Origin: a virus
Taxonomy: Duplodnaviria; Heunggongvirae; Uroviricota; Caudoviricetes
DNA length: 46,604 bases
Direction: 5' to 3' (one strand)
Virus record (IMG/VR): IMGVR_UViG_2565956727_000002
Shown here piece by piece: positions 19,592-31,288 of this stretch; within the stretch, counting starts at the first letter, position 1, and the number at the start of each line of letters is the position of its first letter. A model generated the notes under the pieces. That model was not told the DNA's origin and made no database searches. It worked only from the letters and a program-made list of their open reading frames with translations. The position numbers were made by a program, and so were the translations under genes.

Positions 19592-21550
19592 TTACGCCGT
19601 ACATTTCACCAGACCGCGGTGATCAACTGGCGCGACACCGGCGTCAATACGCACTTTCGTTGTCACGCCATCCACACTGAAGCCCTCCATCTGATCAATA
19701 TATGGCGTATCCACACCGTTGAGATAAGCCACTTCAATCGTATCGGAGCCTTTTGACGCAGCCAGGTAGAAGGTGGTCTGGCTGTTATCATCAAGACGAG
19801 GCTCTGCAATAACGGTCGCAAAATCTTTCACCGGGTTAATAATACCGGCGTTAATGTCAGCCCCCTTGACACTTGAGGAGCGAATGACCTGGTTAGCAAC
19901 AGACTCCATCGCCGTCGGTACCAGTACGAACGCAGGACGAATATTCAGATGACGCTCCCCCTCTTTCTGAACGCGCATCAACTGGCGGGCTTTATCCAGC
20001 GATGCCACGTCCATTGCAGCGCTCTCCAGTACGTTTGCATGTTTCGCTTTATCGAACAGACTTACATTATCTGTGGAGATTTTCGGGTTAGACGTCAGAA
20101 TGGCATAAACCAGATCGGCAATAGTGGATTTCGCCGCACGGCCCAGTTTCATCGGGACATCGGTCAGCATATTCAGATCATCATTGATAATGGCCTGACG
20201 GGTGATACTGAACAGCTCGCCATAGGTCGCCAGTGCAATAGTGGCCTGTTTATCTCCGGTGGTGACGTATTTATATTCCGCCCCTTCACGCACCTGACGC
20301 AGAGCACTGAAGCCCCCCATACCCACACGATGGGCAATTTTAAAATCAGACAACTGACCTTTCCGCGTCCACTGTTCATAGGTTTCAGGGGCATCTTCCC
20401 AGCCCTGCAGAATGGCTTTGTTCGCAACATCCAGCAGAATATTACCGAAGTCAGACGTACTGTGTGTGAACGCCGCACCGACCATCTGCATCGGGTTATA
20501 ACCGGAAACCCCAATACCCCGTTCAGTTAGTGACATACGGGCATATTCACGCAGGGTCATCCCGTTGTAGACATTATCACGTTCGGTTTTTTCAAATCCG
20601 GCACGCGCCATCAGCGCCTGGCGAATCCCGTCCCCCACAAAATTACCGTTACCGGCATAAATATGAGCCGGGGTATTTTTATTGGATGGCGTGGACTCGC
20701 GCCCCATCTCGTTCAACAGCTTTTCACGGGCCTGCTCCAGCGAACATTCAGGATCGGCAAGACACTGAGCCTGCAGCGTCTGATAACGCCCGCCAAACAT
20801 GGCAAACAGATCACTAATACCGTTTACACGCGCTTTTTGCTCTGCCAGTACCTGCGCACGGATGCTGTTTTCATCCACCACGGGTGCTGCTGCCTGCACT
20901 GGCGTCCGGGAGGCTTCAGATTCATTATCCTGTACGCGTGGAGCACTGTTGCGTGGCGGAGTAATCATGTTTCGAATGGATTCCGGCATCTTTTTAAATT
21001 CCTCTGTACGTTTTGACTGAATACATGCCATTGCCTTAACGGCTGGCGTTACCTGATCAGCAAATCCATGTGCCAGACATTCGGCACCGGACATCCAGGT
21101 CTCATCCGCCAGCATGGCAGCAATTTCATCGGTGGTTTTCCCGGTTTTCTGTGCATAAGCGGGTAACAGAACCGCCTCAACTTTATCGAGCAGGTCGGCA
21201 TAGGTGCGCATGTCCTCCGCATCACCGCCCGTAAAGCCAAATGGTTTATGAATCATCATGAAGGTGTTTTCCGGCATAATGACCGGGTTTCCTACCATCG
21301 CAATGACCGACGCCATTGACGCCGCCACACCGTCGACATAAACGGTAATGGACGCACCATGTGTTTTCAGCGCATTAAAAATGGCGATGCCTTCAAAGAC
21401 ATCGCCACCCGGTGAATTAATATGGAGATTAATGTGGGTGATATCGCCCAGTGCATTCAGATCACTGATAAACTGCTTCGCTGTAACACCCCAGAAACCA
21501 ATCTCGTCATAAATATAAATATCCGCGTCACTCTGGTGACCAGCCTGCAT
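19592..21550 (-). CDS. prohead protease (ClpP/S14-like) fused to major capsid protein (HK97 fold)
   Basis: N-terminal ClpP-like region (…INSPGGDVFEGIAIFNALK…MMIHKP…) followed by a long capsid-like C-terminal domain; start ATG 21550 just inside the portal 3' end. Confidence 0.85.
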   Translation of the reverse strand: MQAGHQSDADIYIYDEIGFWGVTAKQFISDLNALGDITHINLHINSPGGDVFEGIAIFNALKTHGASITVYVDGVAASMASVIAMVGNPVIMPENTFMMIHKPFGFTGGDAEDMRTYADLLDKVEAVLLPAYAQKTGKTTDEIAAMLADETWMSGAECLAHGFADQVTPAVKAMACIQSKRTEEFKKMPESIRNMITPPRNSAPRVQDNESEASRTPVQAAAPVVDENSIRAQVLAEQKARVNGISDLFAMFGGRYQTLQAQCLADPECSLEQAREKLLNEMGRESTPSNKNTPAHIYAGNGNFVGDGIRQALMARAGFEKTERDNVYNGMTLREYARMSLTERGIGVSGYNPMQMVGAAFTHSTSDFGNILLDVANKAILQGWEDAPETYEQWTRKGQLSDFKIAHRVGMGGFSALRQVREGAEYKYVTTGDKQATIALATYGELFSITRQAIINDDLNMLTDVPMKLGRAAKSTIADLVYAILTSNPKISTDNVSLFDKAKHANVLESAAMDVASLDKARQLMRVQKEGERHLNIRPAFVLVPTAMESVANQVIRSSSVKGADINAGIINPVKDFATVIAEPRLDDNSQTTFYLAASKGSDTIEVAYLNGVDTPYIDQMEGFSVDGVTTKVRIDAGVAPVDHRGLVKCTA

Positions 21551-21563
21551 CCTGAACCAGGAA

Positions 21564-23072
21564 TTATTCTTCGGACTGGTCGTCGGTGTGCTGCGGCTCC
21601 TGTCGTTTCGTTGCGGCACTACTGCCTCCTTTATCACTGGCCGGATCGGTATCAAATACCAGATCCAGCTTGCGGTTTTCATCAATTTCGGCCTTGCGCC
21701 GACGTTTGACATCATCCGGATTACGACCACCAGCACGTACCCAGTCTGATTCTGTCGCCGCTCCACCACGAATCTGGATTTTCCAGGCCTCAGCCTCCTT
21801 AACAGGGTCAATCCACGGCATCACTGGTCCGGAATACACCGCGGTATACAGTGAAGAACGGTCAAGATCGCGGGGTAGCCTGATAACACCGGATGCCACA
21901 GCCTGTTTCAGCCATGCACGATACATCGGGCGGGTGACGGCACCAATAAACCAGTCCTGCAGGATCAGGTAGCCATCAGTGGATTCAACCAGCTCCTGAC
22001 GCTGGGCGCTGTAAGTGCCGTTATAGTTGCGCGCTGTACTGGAAAAACTCAGACGACTGCCCGCCGCCACGGCACGCAACTGACCATTACGAAAAGTTTC
22101 AAGGTTAGGATTGGGGCGATCCGACTTCACCATTCCGATTTCTTCGCCGGGTTTCAGATCGTCGTAAATAATGCCCGGCTGAATGGTAAGCTCACGTTCA
22201 TTCTCCTTTCTGCCATTACCATCCGGTTCATAGCTCTGCCCGTCGCCTTTCCGGATGTACATCCCCAGAGCAGCGGCGATCCTTGCTGCAGTCAGCTCAG
22301 AATCTTCATATTCTTTCAGGGCACTGAGGCGGATCAGCACACCGGACAACAAAGACGTCCCGCGCATCTGGTGCAGACGGCGAACAAATTTAAGATGCAG
22401 CATTCGCTCTGCATCCACTTCTTTGGTTTCCATCTGCCGTCCGGATACGGGACGGCTTTTATACACCAGATATTTTTCGGGACGCCCCCAGTCATCAACA
22501 AACACGCCCTGATTCAGCCTGTTGCTCTCATCACTGGTCATGGGAATAAAGTCCGGCTCGAGCGCCTCCAGCCAGAAATGAACACCGGCAGAAGGCGCCA
22601 GGCTGTTTATGCGCCCGGAAACCATCTGGGCAAACACCTCACCATCGCGCAGCCAGGTACGAAGCATCAGACGTTCCAGCATCGGACGGGTAAACTGCCC
22701 GGTGACTTCCGGGCTGACAGACCATTCACTCCATCGGGTGCGAATCTCCGCAGCCAGGTCACGGGCAATGGCCCCATTGCGTAATACCGGATGTGGCTCG
22801 ACAATAATCCCGTTTTTCCCCACCACCCGTTCTTCCAGCTTGTCAAATACACCAATAACCAGATCGTGGTTGTTATCAAGGTAACGGGCCTGCTCACGTA
22901 ACGACACGGCCCCGTACTGGCTTAACTGGTCGGCAGTTCGGTTCTCCCGTCGGGCTTTGTGTGTCCGCGTCGTTTTTACGGCCTCATAAGCCTGGATCAC
23001 CGCACGGGAACGCAGCCTTGCCGCTTTCCATCCTGGTGAAAAAACGCCAATCACATCATCAAGAATTGCCAT
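21564..23072 (-). CDS. B: portal protein (lambda B-like)
   Basis: About 500 aa downstream of TerL; start ATG 23072 overlaps the stop of the upstream small gene (ATGA). Confidence 0.9.
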   Translation of the reverse strand: MAILDDVIGVFSPGWKAARLRSRAVIQAYEAVKTTRTHKARRENRTADQLSQYGAVSLREQARYLDNNHDLVIGVFDKLEERVVGKNGIIVEPHPVLRNGAIARDLAAEIRTRWSEWSVSPEVTGQFTRPMLERLMLRTWLRDGEVFAQMVSGRINSLAPSAGVHFWLEALEPDFIPMTSDESNRLNQGVFVDDWGRPEKYLVYKSRPVSGRQMETKEVDAERMLHLKFVRRLHQMRGTSLLSGVLIRLSALKEYEDSELTAARIAAALGMYIRKGDGQSYEPDGNGRKENERELTIQPGIIYDDLKPGEEIGMVKSDRPNPNLETFRNGQLRAVAAGSRLSFSSTARNYNGTYSAQRQELVESTDGYLILQDWFIGAVTRPMYRAWLKQAVASGVIRLPRDLDRSSLYTAVYSGPVMPWIDPVKEAEAWKIQIRGGAATESDWVRAGGRNPDDVKRRRKAEIDENRKLDLVFDTDPASDKGGSSAATKRQEPQHTDDQSEE

Positions 23073-23284
23073 CAGAACCTCGCCAGCCGGTACCCGGGAT
23101 GCCCCCGTCGTCGTGTAATCAGAGCCGCAAGGCGGCGCTCCCACTCCTGCCGTCCCTGCCGGATCTCAGATAAGTTTTCCATGGTCATCTGCTGACCATT
23201 AAAGGTGACGGATTTTCCGTCCAGCACCGCCATTTCAGCTTCCGTATAACGCTGAATCATGGCTTCGATATCATTCTGGTTCAT
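23072..23284 (-). CDS. W: head-tail joining / head completion protein (W-like)
   Basis: About 70 aa between TerL and portal; C-terminus ...RRRGHPGYRLARF resembles lambda W; ATG overlaps the TerL stop. Confidence 0.7.
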   Translation of the reverse strand: MNQNDIEAMIQRYTEAEMAVLDGKSVTFNGQQMTMENLSEIRQGRQEWERRLAALITRRRGHPGYRLARF

Positions 23285-25380
23285 AACCATCCTCCGGAAG
23301 TCAGCCAGGGGTTAACATCGTCAGTTACTGTTTTCTTCCGTTTTTGTTTTTTAACAGGCGTGGATACCGGTTCCGGTGAGGATGACGGTTCGGTACTGTC
23401 CTGGACACACTCCAGCCAGGTCTCCCGGCTCGCCCACTCCGGTGCATCCGGCCAGCGGATCTTTTCGTATCCATGCAGAATGACCAGAGCCTCGGCATAC
23501 ACCATCAGGTCAAAAGCTTCGTTGGCACCGCGACCCGGCTTACTCCATTTCCCGTCACTGCTCCGCTCTTCATACGTCAGTTCGTCGTAAAACCAGCTCC
23601 CCAGCCAGTCAGGGAAATGCACATAGCCTGGACCTGGCGAGTCACGCCATAACGCGTTATTCACCCGGTCTTTCAGGGCATCCGTCTGAAGAAGCCAGAG
23701 CGGCACATCACCTGCGGCCTGCGCCCGGCGGCCCGTTCGTCCGGTGTTATCAGGGAATGTACGGCTGATCAGTTTTGCGCGCCGGATGCTGTCACCCTTA
23801 AACAGGTAAATACGTTTACCAAGGCCATCACGACGGCAACGACGCCAGAATTTATAGGCATTATCAGTGACCCCGTCTTCACCGCCGGAGTCCACCGCCA
23901 TAGCCATCAGTCGCATTTGTTGAGAAGGATCGGAGGCCAGCGGCCAGCTTTTATGAAAAACATCCGTCAGCAGGACATCCCAGTCTTCCGGATAGCTGGC
24001 CGGATCAATTCGCTGGCTCTCCCCGTCGCAGTCACTGCGCAATGACTGCGTGATGTTGTAACGATCAATAATCCAGCGTTCGCCACGACTGCCATAGCCC
24101 GTTACCTGAACCACAAAACGGCGATGACGTCCCGCCTGCACATCCACTGTCGCCACAAGGAAATTAACGCCATCCGGCACACTGCGGGAAGGAACTAGCT
24201 CTGCCCGCTGCTCAAGCAGTTCACTTTTTCGTTGCTCCATGCTGGCACGAGGAAGATAAGGCAATCCCCAGTCGGTGTTGATAACCGCCCTGAGTGTTTC
24301 TTCGCTTCCTGTCGCTTCATACTCCTGTTCTGCAGTCAGTAATTTGTAAACCAGTTGCGCCCAGGTCTGATACGCAGCAGCTGGCCCTTCCATCCAGAAA
24401 CTGGCGATACGGGAGCGGCGCGGTTCACCGGAAACGTTGCCGTTACGATCAATGACCTGACCTTCACGCAACCAGACTCCTGCACTATTGAGCTCACGCT
24501 TTTTCTCCGCAGTGATAATGCCGCTGCAGTGCGGGCAAAGTAGATACGCCGCCTCACTGGCTTTAAAGGGATCCGGTTCATTACGGTAGCCGGTCATGGC
24601 ATCCATGGCTGGCTGAAAATATTCACCGCAGTGCGGACATGACCAGTACCAGCGGCGGCGGTCACCACGATTGTAAAGGGAAAGAATACCAGTCGTCGGT
24701 GGCGCTTCATGAGGCGACTTACGTCGCCATTTGCTGTCGCAGATGTCACGTCCCGGCGAGCTCTCCACCAGAGTCATCCCGGCGGACATAAATGTGGTGG
24801 TACGTTTTGAGGCCAGGGAGAAACCATCACCCTCGCTGTCGATATTCTCCGGAAAACGGTCGTAATCGGTTAAGGCGACAAACCGGTAATCCGACGACGA
24901 CATAATGTTGACCGAGGGCCAACCAATTTTAAGGAACGAGCCATCCCTGAACGTCTTATCATGGACATTATTGTCGTTACGACGTGGACTCATTCTTTTC
25001 TTTACCGCCGCACTGCTTCTGAACGTTCTGTCGAGGCGCTTTTTAGAATGCTCGCGGGCCTTATCTTCGGTCATCTGCACAACGAGCATGTCCGAAGGAT
25101 CGCAAACGATGGTATAGACAATCCATCCATCGATCAGACCAATGGTCTTCCCTGTTCGCGCAGGACCAACAAAAATCACCGCATCGTATTCACGCGATGC
25201 CAGGCAGTTCATGGGCTCAATGATGTAGGGTGTCAGTTCAGGATCCCATGGCACCGAGTTACCAGCCCCCTTGGGAACACGCATGAATTTTTTAACAGCC
25301 TCCGAAATCGGCATGCGACGTGGTGGGGAAAATCCTGCCGATATGTCCCTTCCCAAATTTCGGGCTGATGAAAAACCCAT
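23281..25380 (-). CDS. A: terminase large subunit (lambda A-like)
   Basis: 699 aa; ATPase region (…VGPARTGKT…) and CPHCGE zinc-ribbon-like motif as in lambda gpA. Confidence 0.95.
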   Translation of the reverse strand: MGFSSARNLGRDISAGFSPPRRMPISEAVKKFMRVPKGAGNSVPWDPELTPYIIEPMNCLASREYDAVIFVGPARTGKTIGLIDGWIVYTIVCDPSDMLVVQMTEDKAREHSKKRLDRTFRSSAAVKKRMSPRRNDNNVHDKTFRDGSFLKIGWPSVNIMSSSDYRFVALTDYDRFPENIDSEGDGFSLASKRTTTFMSAGMTLVESSPGRDICDSKWRRKSPHEAPPTTGILSLYNRGDRRRWYWSCPHCGEYFQPAMDAMTGYRNEPDPFKASEAAYLLCPHCSGIITAEKKRELNSAGVWLREGQVIDRNGNVSGEPRRSRIASFWMEGPAAAYQTWAQLVYKLLTAEQEYEATGSEETLRAVINTDWGLPYLPRASMEQRKSELLEQRAELVPSRSVPDGVNFLVATVDVQAGRHRRFVVQVTGYGSRGERWIIDRYNITQSLRSDCDGESQRIDPASYPEDWDVLLTDVFHKSWPLASDPSQQMRLMAMAVDSGGEDGVTDNAYKFWRRCRRDGLGKRIYLFKGDSIRRAKLISRTFPDNTGRTGRRAQAAGDVPLWLLQTDALKDRVNNALWRDSPGPGYVHFPDWLGSWFYDELTYEERSSDGKWSKPGRGANEAFDLMVYAEALVILHGYEKIRWPDAPEWASRETWLECVQDSTEPSSSPEPVSTPVKKQKRKKTVTDDVNPWLTSGGWL

Positions 25381-25388
25381 TATTCCTC

Positions 25389-25916
25389 CTAGAGACTCTC
25401 TCCTTCCTCATCAGGAATTAATTCAGCAGCACAAGCCTCGTAGGATTTTTCCTGAAGAGTGTATCGCAGGTCATCAATGGCCTGCTGTACAACGCCGACG
25501 GCCTGAGGAGTCAGGGCGCAATCGCGTTCAAGAACATCCGGAATTGTCTCCAGAACCTGGACGACAGCCTTTCTCATGGACGAATAGACGATGACTACTT
25601 CATCAACGGGGATGAGTTTTCGCTGCTCCTTTTCCAGCTTGATCCTTTCATTTTCAGATTGGTACCAGTCCTTTCTCTCTTTCGGCTCCATACGGGATGG
25701 ATCATGAACAGAGTCTGCTGCCTCATGCTTCACACTAAACAGGGCTGGCCCGACATGCTGCAGGGCGTAAACGGGGTTCCCCCTGATAGTCGCAGCCACA
25801 GGAGTGTTGGCCGCGAGGAGCCGTTTTTTTACTGTGTCCCGGTGAAGCCCAAAGGCCTCAGCGATTTTAAAAACACTCCAGTAATAAGCATCACCGATCC
25901 CGCTCACATTTGACAT
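25389..25916 (-). CDS. nu1: terminase small subunit (Nu1-like)
   Basis: N-terminal winged-HTH-like region directly upstream of TerL; start at ATG 25916 (GGAG about 8 nt upstream); ORF track extends to 25946. Confidence 0.8.
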   Translation of the reverse strand: MSNVSGIGDAYYWSVFKIAEAFGLHRDTVKKRLLAANTPVAATIRGNPVYALQHVGPALFSVKHEAADSVHDPSRMEPKERKDWYQSENERIKLEKEQRKLIPVDEVVIVYSSMRKAVVQVLETIPDVLERDCALTPQAVGVVQQAIDDLRYTLQEKSYEACAAELIPDEEGESL

Positions 25917-26059
25917 AAGCAACTCCATCTGGCAGGTGAAAATCATGTTTATTTATATATTTCAATTAATTGCAAACTGGTCTAATGACAGGGAGAAAAA
26001 AATATTGTACAGGTGAAAAGAGAAATAACTTTTAATTATCAATAAATTACCAAACATGC

Positions 26060-26170
26060 TGCCGCCGCCATGGAAATGCAAAAACTAGCCTTTTTCCGCG
26101 ACGCTCCCGCCCCGTGGCAGGGGCCCCCACCGGGAGGACCCGACAGCCTGACAGCCTGACAGCCGTGATG
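26060..26170. promoter_or_regulatory. candidate cos / terminase recognition region
   Basis: Short GC-rich island directly upstream of the small terminase gene with a hairpin (gcccc-gtggca-ggggc) and three tandem gacagcc(t/g) octamers at 26142..26165. Confidence 0.3.
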
Positions 26171-26300
26171 AGCATCTGATACAGCGCTTTACATAATGGC
26201 ATAGGAATAATTCAGAAGGACATCACAGCATGCCCACACAAATTAGTGTGAGTGTCCTGTTTCTTCCTACGCACAGGACTGACGAGCATGAGGGGAAAAT

Positions 26301-26468
26301 ATGCGAACCATAAATGCCTCATCTTCAGCAATGCAACCGGCATCCGAACAGGACGATATTGTAAATTCACCTAATTACGAGGACATTGCAGTAGTTGAAT
26401 TGCAGCTCTGTATTAGCCTGACAGTGACAGAATGCGATATTGACTCTGTCACAGGTGAAATAGTTTGA
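26301..26468 (+). CDS. hypothetical small protein (about 55 aa), not in the ORF track
   Basis: ATG preceded by GAGGGG; MRTINASSSAMQPASEQDD...; contains an 8-bp inverted repeat near its 3' end. Confidence 0.3.
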   Translation: MRTINASSSAMQPASEQDDIVNSPNYEDIAVVELQLCISLTVTECDIDSVTGEIV

Positions 26469-26488
26469 ATGATTAGCAGTTATGGTGC

Positions 26489-26695
26489 TCAGTCAACCAC
26501 CAGGGAATAATCCTTCGAATTCTTATCGTGCTTCACCAACGCTGCCTCAATTGCCCTGAATGCTTCCAGAGACACCTGATGTTCTATACATGCAATTACA
26601 ACATCCGGGTAACTCATAGAAATGGTGCTATTAAGCATATTTTTTACACGAATCAGATCCAACGAGAGTTCATCAGCAGATTGTTCTTTATTCAT
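26489..26695 (-). CDS. hypothetical small protein (68 aa)
   Basis: ORF of 68 aa in the moron region between the cos region and gnsB; no recognisable motif. Confidence 0.4.
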   Translation of the reverse strand: MNKEQSADELSLDLIRVKNMLNSTISMSYPDVVIACIEHQVSLEAFRAIEAALVKHDKNSKDYSLVVD

Positions 26696-26980
26696 TTTGT
26701 CGCTCCATGCGTTTGCTCGTCATCTAGCGGTTAAAATATTACTTCAAATCTTACTGCATAAAAGAGGAAAAGTATGAAAGTTTGAGTACATCGACCTTAC
26801 ATACATCTGTCGGTTGCATATCCCTCCTGGATGCCAGCAAGGCTCAATTTTGTTACGCAATCAACACTATTCATCAAAAACAGGCTTAATATTTGACATA
26901 AATCATCAACAAAACACAAAGAGGTCAGACCAGATTGAAACAATAAACACGATAATGCTAACTACGCGCCATCGTATCAC

Positions 26981-27328
26981 ATGGAAGGTTTACCAATGGC
27001 TCAGGTTGCCATTTTTAAAGAAATATTCGATCAAGTGCGTAAAGATTTAAACTGTGAATTATTTTATTCTGAGCTAAAACGTCACAATGTCTCACTTTAT
27101 ATTTACTATTTAGCCACAGATAATATTCACATTGTGTTAGAAAACGACAACATAGTGTTAGTAAAAGGACTCAAAAAGGTTGTAAATGTTAAATTCTCCA
27201 GAAACAAACATCTTATAGAGACCTCCTATAATAAGTTGAAATCAAAAGAAATCACATTTCAACAATACAGGGAAAATCTTGCTAAAGCAGGAGTTTTCCG
27301 ATGGGTTACAAATATCCAGGAACACTAA
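26981..27328 (+). CDS. DUF1398-like phage protein (YdfO/YbcV-like)
   Basis: About 110 aa; C-terminal ...[19 protein letters not shown]... recalls the DUF1398 family found in this position of lambdoid prophages. Confidence 0.45.
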   Translation: MEGLPMAQVAIFKEIFDQVRKDLNCELFYSELKRHNVSLYIYYLATDNIHIVLENDNIVLVKGLKKVVNVKFSRNKHLIETSYNKLKSKEITFQQYRENLAKAGVFRWVTNIQEH

Positions 27329-27557
27329 AGATATTACTATGCCTTTGATAACTCATTACTATTTACTGAAAGCATCCAGAAAACTACACAGATCTTACCA
27401 CGCTAAACCATAACGTCCGGCTTCTCTCACTCCTGAGCCGGACTGCATTGGTTTAATAAAAACCATCAACAATTGTGATTTAGATATTCGGAACCATTCA
27501 AATATAACAAAACCCCGTAAAAACGAGGTTTATGGATAAATTTTATTATTGAATACA

Positions 27558-27734
27558 TCAGATTAAATTAATCTTGACATCATAGCTTTCAAGACCCGTC
27601 ATTTTTTCCCGTGCGGTAAACTGAATACTGGTAACTTCTTTCCCGGTCTTTTTCTTAAGTTCAATAATTTTTTTTGTTATATATTCAGAAATATCTGCTT
27701 CTGCTTTTGTTTTTAAGTTTTCAATATTCATCAT
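27558..27734 (-). CDS. gnsB: GnsA/GnsB family protein
   Basis: 58-aa ORF found by manual translation (below the ORF-track cutoff): MMNIENLKTKAEADISEYITKKIIELKKKTGKEVTSIQFTAREKMTGLESYDVKINLI, closely resembling GnsB. Confidence 0.8.
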   Translation of the reverse strand: MMNIENLKTKAEADISEYITKKIIELKKKTGKEVTSIQFTAREKMTGLESYDVKINLI

Positions 27735-27902
27735 TTCCTCTTTTAGTCTGTTATGACTTTCCAGTTACACAGTAAGTCGATTATATGGTGCAAACGTGTA
27801 AAAGATAAGATGAAACATCGCAATAATCAACATACGATAGTCTAAATTTTACACAAACAGACAAAGAGAATTTTCCTGAATTATCAATACAATAGCATCA
27901 AA

Positions 27903-28133
27903 TCAACTCAAGAGCCTTATTGCTGCTTCCAGAATTTCTTCTGAAGTAACATGTCGATCCGCGGCTACATAAATGACTTTATGATCTCCGGTCAGAGATG
28001 GAAACCCTGCGGCCATTACAGTAAGGTGTGTTTTTTCGCCATTTGGATATTCACGCATGATGGTGTTAACTCCAGTCATCGCTGGCACTACCACTGCTGG
28101 TTCAGAGTTAAAAAAAACTATGATTTTTTTCAT
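27903..28133 (-). CDS. hypothetical protein (about 76 aa)
   Basis: ORF starting MKKIIVFFNSEPAVVV...; no recognisable catalytic motif. Confidence 0.4.
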   Translation of the reverse strand: MKKIIVFFNSEPAVVVPAMTGVNTIMREYPNGEKTHLTVMAAGFPSLTGDHKVIYVAADRHVTSEEILEAAIRLLS

Positions 28134-28404
28134 GATGTTACCGTAGTATGTGAGTATCCATCGAATAGATACCAAGCAAAAAAGCTCCCGAAGGAGCCTT
28201 CATTTTCACTTTTTTAAATCCAACGACAGACGGCTGGCATTTAAGTATTGTGAAATATTATCAAATGTAATCATCATTGATTTACAAAAGATACATTTTG
28301 CCCCGAAAGGATTCATGTCAGAAACATCAAAAGATGATGTTCTATACTGGGAACCATGACAACACGGGCATCTAAAGTGAATATGGTTTGTAATATTGTC
28401 TACC

Positions 28405-28617
28405 TCAAAGCGCCACTACATGAACAGCGGCAGGACCTTTAGGTCCGTTCTCAATACCAAATTCAACTTCCTGATTCTCAGTTAATGTTTTGAAATCGTT
28501 GCTCTGAATTGCTGAGAAATGGACAAACACATCTTTGCTGCCATCTTTCGGCGTGATGAAACCAAAACCTTTTTCAGGGTTAAACCATTTCACTAAACCA
28601 GTCATTTTGTTAGACAT
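28405..28617 (-). CDS. cspI: cold shock protein CspI
   Basis: 70 aa with CspA-family RNP motifs (KGFGFI, VFVHF); sequence matches CspI as I recall it. Confidence 0.95.
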   Translation of the reverse strand: MSNKMTGLVKWFNPEKGFGFITPKDGSKDVFVHFSAIQSNDFKTLTENQEVEFGIENGPKGPAAVHVVAL

Positions 28618-28979
28618 AATTATTACCTTTTGAAGAAATTAGCCCTTGGGCAGAATGGTCCGAAAAAAAATATCAGAGAGAAAAACCAACAAGGAAATCT
28701 CAAGAGGTACAAATAATAAAATTATAACAATGACTGCTTCAGATAAATTTGTAACAAACCAGAACACCATTAACGCATGATTAACCACCCATAGCAAGGA
28801 TTACTTTTGTAAAGAAAAACACAGCAATGAAAGAATAGCTTTATTTATTAATAAAACGTGTCATTCTGATTAAGACCTTTTATCTTACCCTTAAGATTTC
28901 AGGAATTTTGGCTCATGGAAGAGTCCTTTTTATTTAAATTTTACATTCCGCGATGTAAATGTTCCGATTTAATATTACC

Positions 28980-30003
<1,024 letters not shown>

Positions 30004-30007
<4 letters not shown>

Positions 30008-30315
30008 ATATATTTATGATGAGGACGCTCGTGCTTATTGGCAGGATTTTCAATCTTAAAGGAGTACTGATGCTGCAGATAAGACTCAACTTTTTCTGAC
30101 AATTTTTCTGCTACTTCCAGGAAGACTTGCCGGACGCTCCTTCTGGCTGCTGCCTCATAAAACTCCAGCGCAGCTCCTTCAACACGGTCCATGGCGACAT
30201 CCAGGTCAAAAATTTCACCGTCAAAGCGTTCCTTGTCCTGTAAGGCTACAGTTACCGTAACTTTATTCTCAAAATTACGGACTCCTTTCACAACCAGTTC
30301 ATAGTCTTGAGTCAT
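30004..30315 (-). CDS. DUF1327-like protein (YdfR-like) in the lysis cassette
   Basis: 103 aa between holin and endolysin; stop overlaps the endolysin start. Confidence 0.55.
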
Positions 30316-30319
30316 TGGA

Positions 30320-30535
30320 TTACTCTCCTCTCGCAGCCTTACGCCTGTCTTCTTTAATCTTGAAATAAAGATTTGTCAGATACGTCAGCAGGCCAAAAAC
30401 CAGGCTACCCAGCACACCGATTGCAGCCCACTGTGACGGAGTTACTTTATCGAGTAACTGCAATGCCCAGAAACCAGCATTACCCGCCGATGTGCCATAG
30501 GCAACACCTGTTGTTAACTTATCCATTGATTTCAT
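30320..30535 (-). CDS. pinholin, phage 21 S21 type, with dual-start motif
   Basis: [26 protein letters not shown]...[15 protein letters not shown]; two closely spaced Met codons (MKSM) typical of antiholin/holin dual start; two TM domains. Confidence 0.85.
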   Translation of the reverse strand: MKSMDKLTTGVAYGTSAGNAGFWALQLLDKVTPSQWAAIGVLGSLVFGLLTYLTNLYFKIKEDRRKAARGE

Positions 30536-30754
30536 ATCCTCACCCCGATGTACACGGATGGTGCAATATGTTTGAAAAGATCGGAGTCTACGGGGTAGTT
30601 TTGACAGCACACGTTGTTCTCAACGGCGCTAAAAAAACATACACATTAAAAATGTGGGTAATTATTTTGAAAGAAAGTCATATATAAAATAATAATACGA
30701 GAAATGTTTTCATATTTAGTGTACTGTATACGGCCATTTATACAGGAAAAGCCT

Positions 30755-30925
30755 ATGTCAGAACGTAAAAACTCAAAATCACGCCGTAATTATCTCGTTA
30801 AATGTTCCTGCCCAAACTGCACCCAAGAGTCAGAACACAGTTTTTCAAGAGTACAAAAAGGTGCCCTTTTGATCTGCCCTCATTGCAACAAAGTATTCCA
30901 GACAAATCTTAAAGCTGTAGCCTGA
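30755..30925 (+). CDS. small zinc-ribbon protein
   Basis: About 56 aa with CxxC...CxxC (CSCPNC...CPHC); ATG 30755 with an upstream purine-rich stretch. Confidence 0.5.
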   Translation: MSERKNSKSRRNYLVKCSCPNCTQESEHSFSRVQKGALLICPHCNKVFQTNLKAVA

Positions 30926-31288
30926 TTGATTTTATTAGTAACAAGTATTTTTTATATTTTAATAATATATTTAAAGCAGATAATAAAAAACCCGCCTGAG
31001 CGGGTTTGAGATTGTGGTGCTTTTTGTGGGAGTCATCCACTTACGCACTTTGTTTTGCCATGCCAGCAGTTAGCTTCTGCTGTAAAACTATTCATGCAGC
31101 AAACCTGCACTTCACCACAATGGTTAGCATACTTTTCCTGATTAAGATTTTGCCAAATATGCTAGCCATTGTTTCATGTATTGGACCTCCTTACTTTTTA
31201 TTAAAGAGATCCAATATTCACTACTCTGTCCGTATCTCTACTCAGGCATCAGCCTTCTTCGTTATCGTATACAGACGAGCGATGAATT

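Noticed and set aside
19949-20530. 193-aa ORF on the plus strand
   Set aside because: Antisense to the protease-capsid fusion gene; no supporting signal
26142-26165. Possible CRISPR-like repeat (three tandem gacagcc octamers)
   Set aside because: Repeats are only 8 bp with no spacers and no cas genes nearby; a packaging/terminase binding element is more consistent
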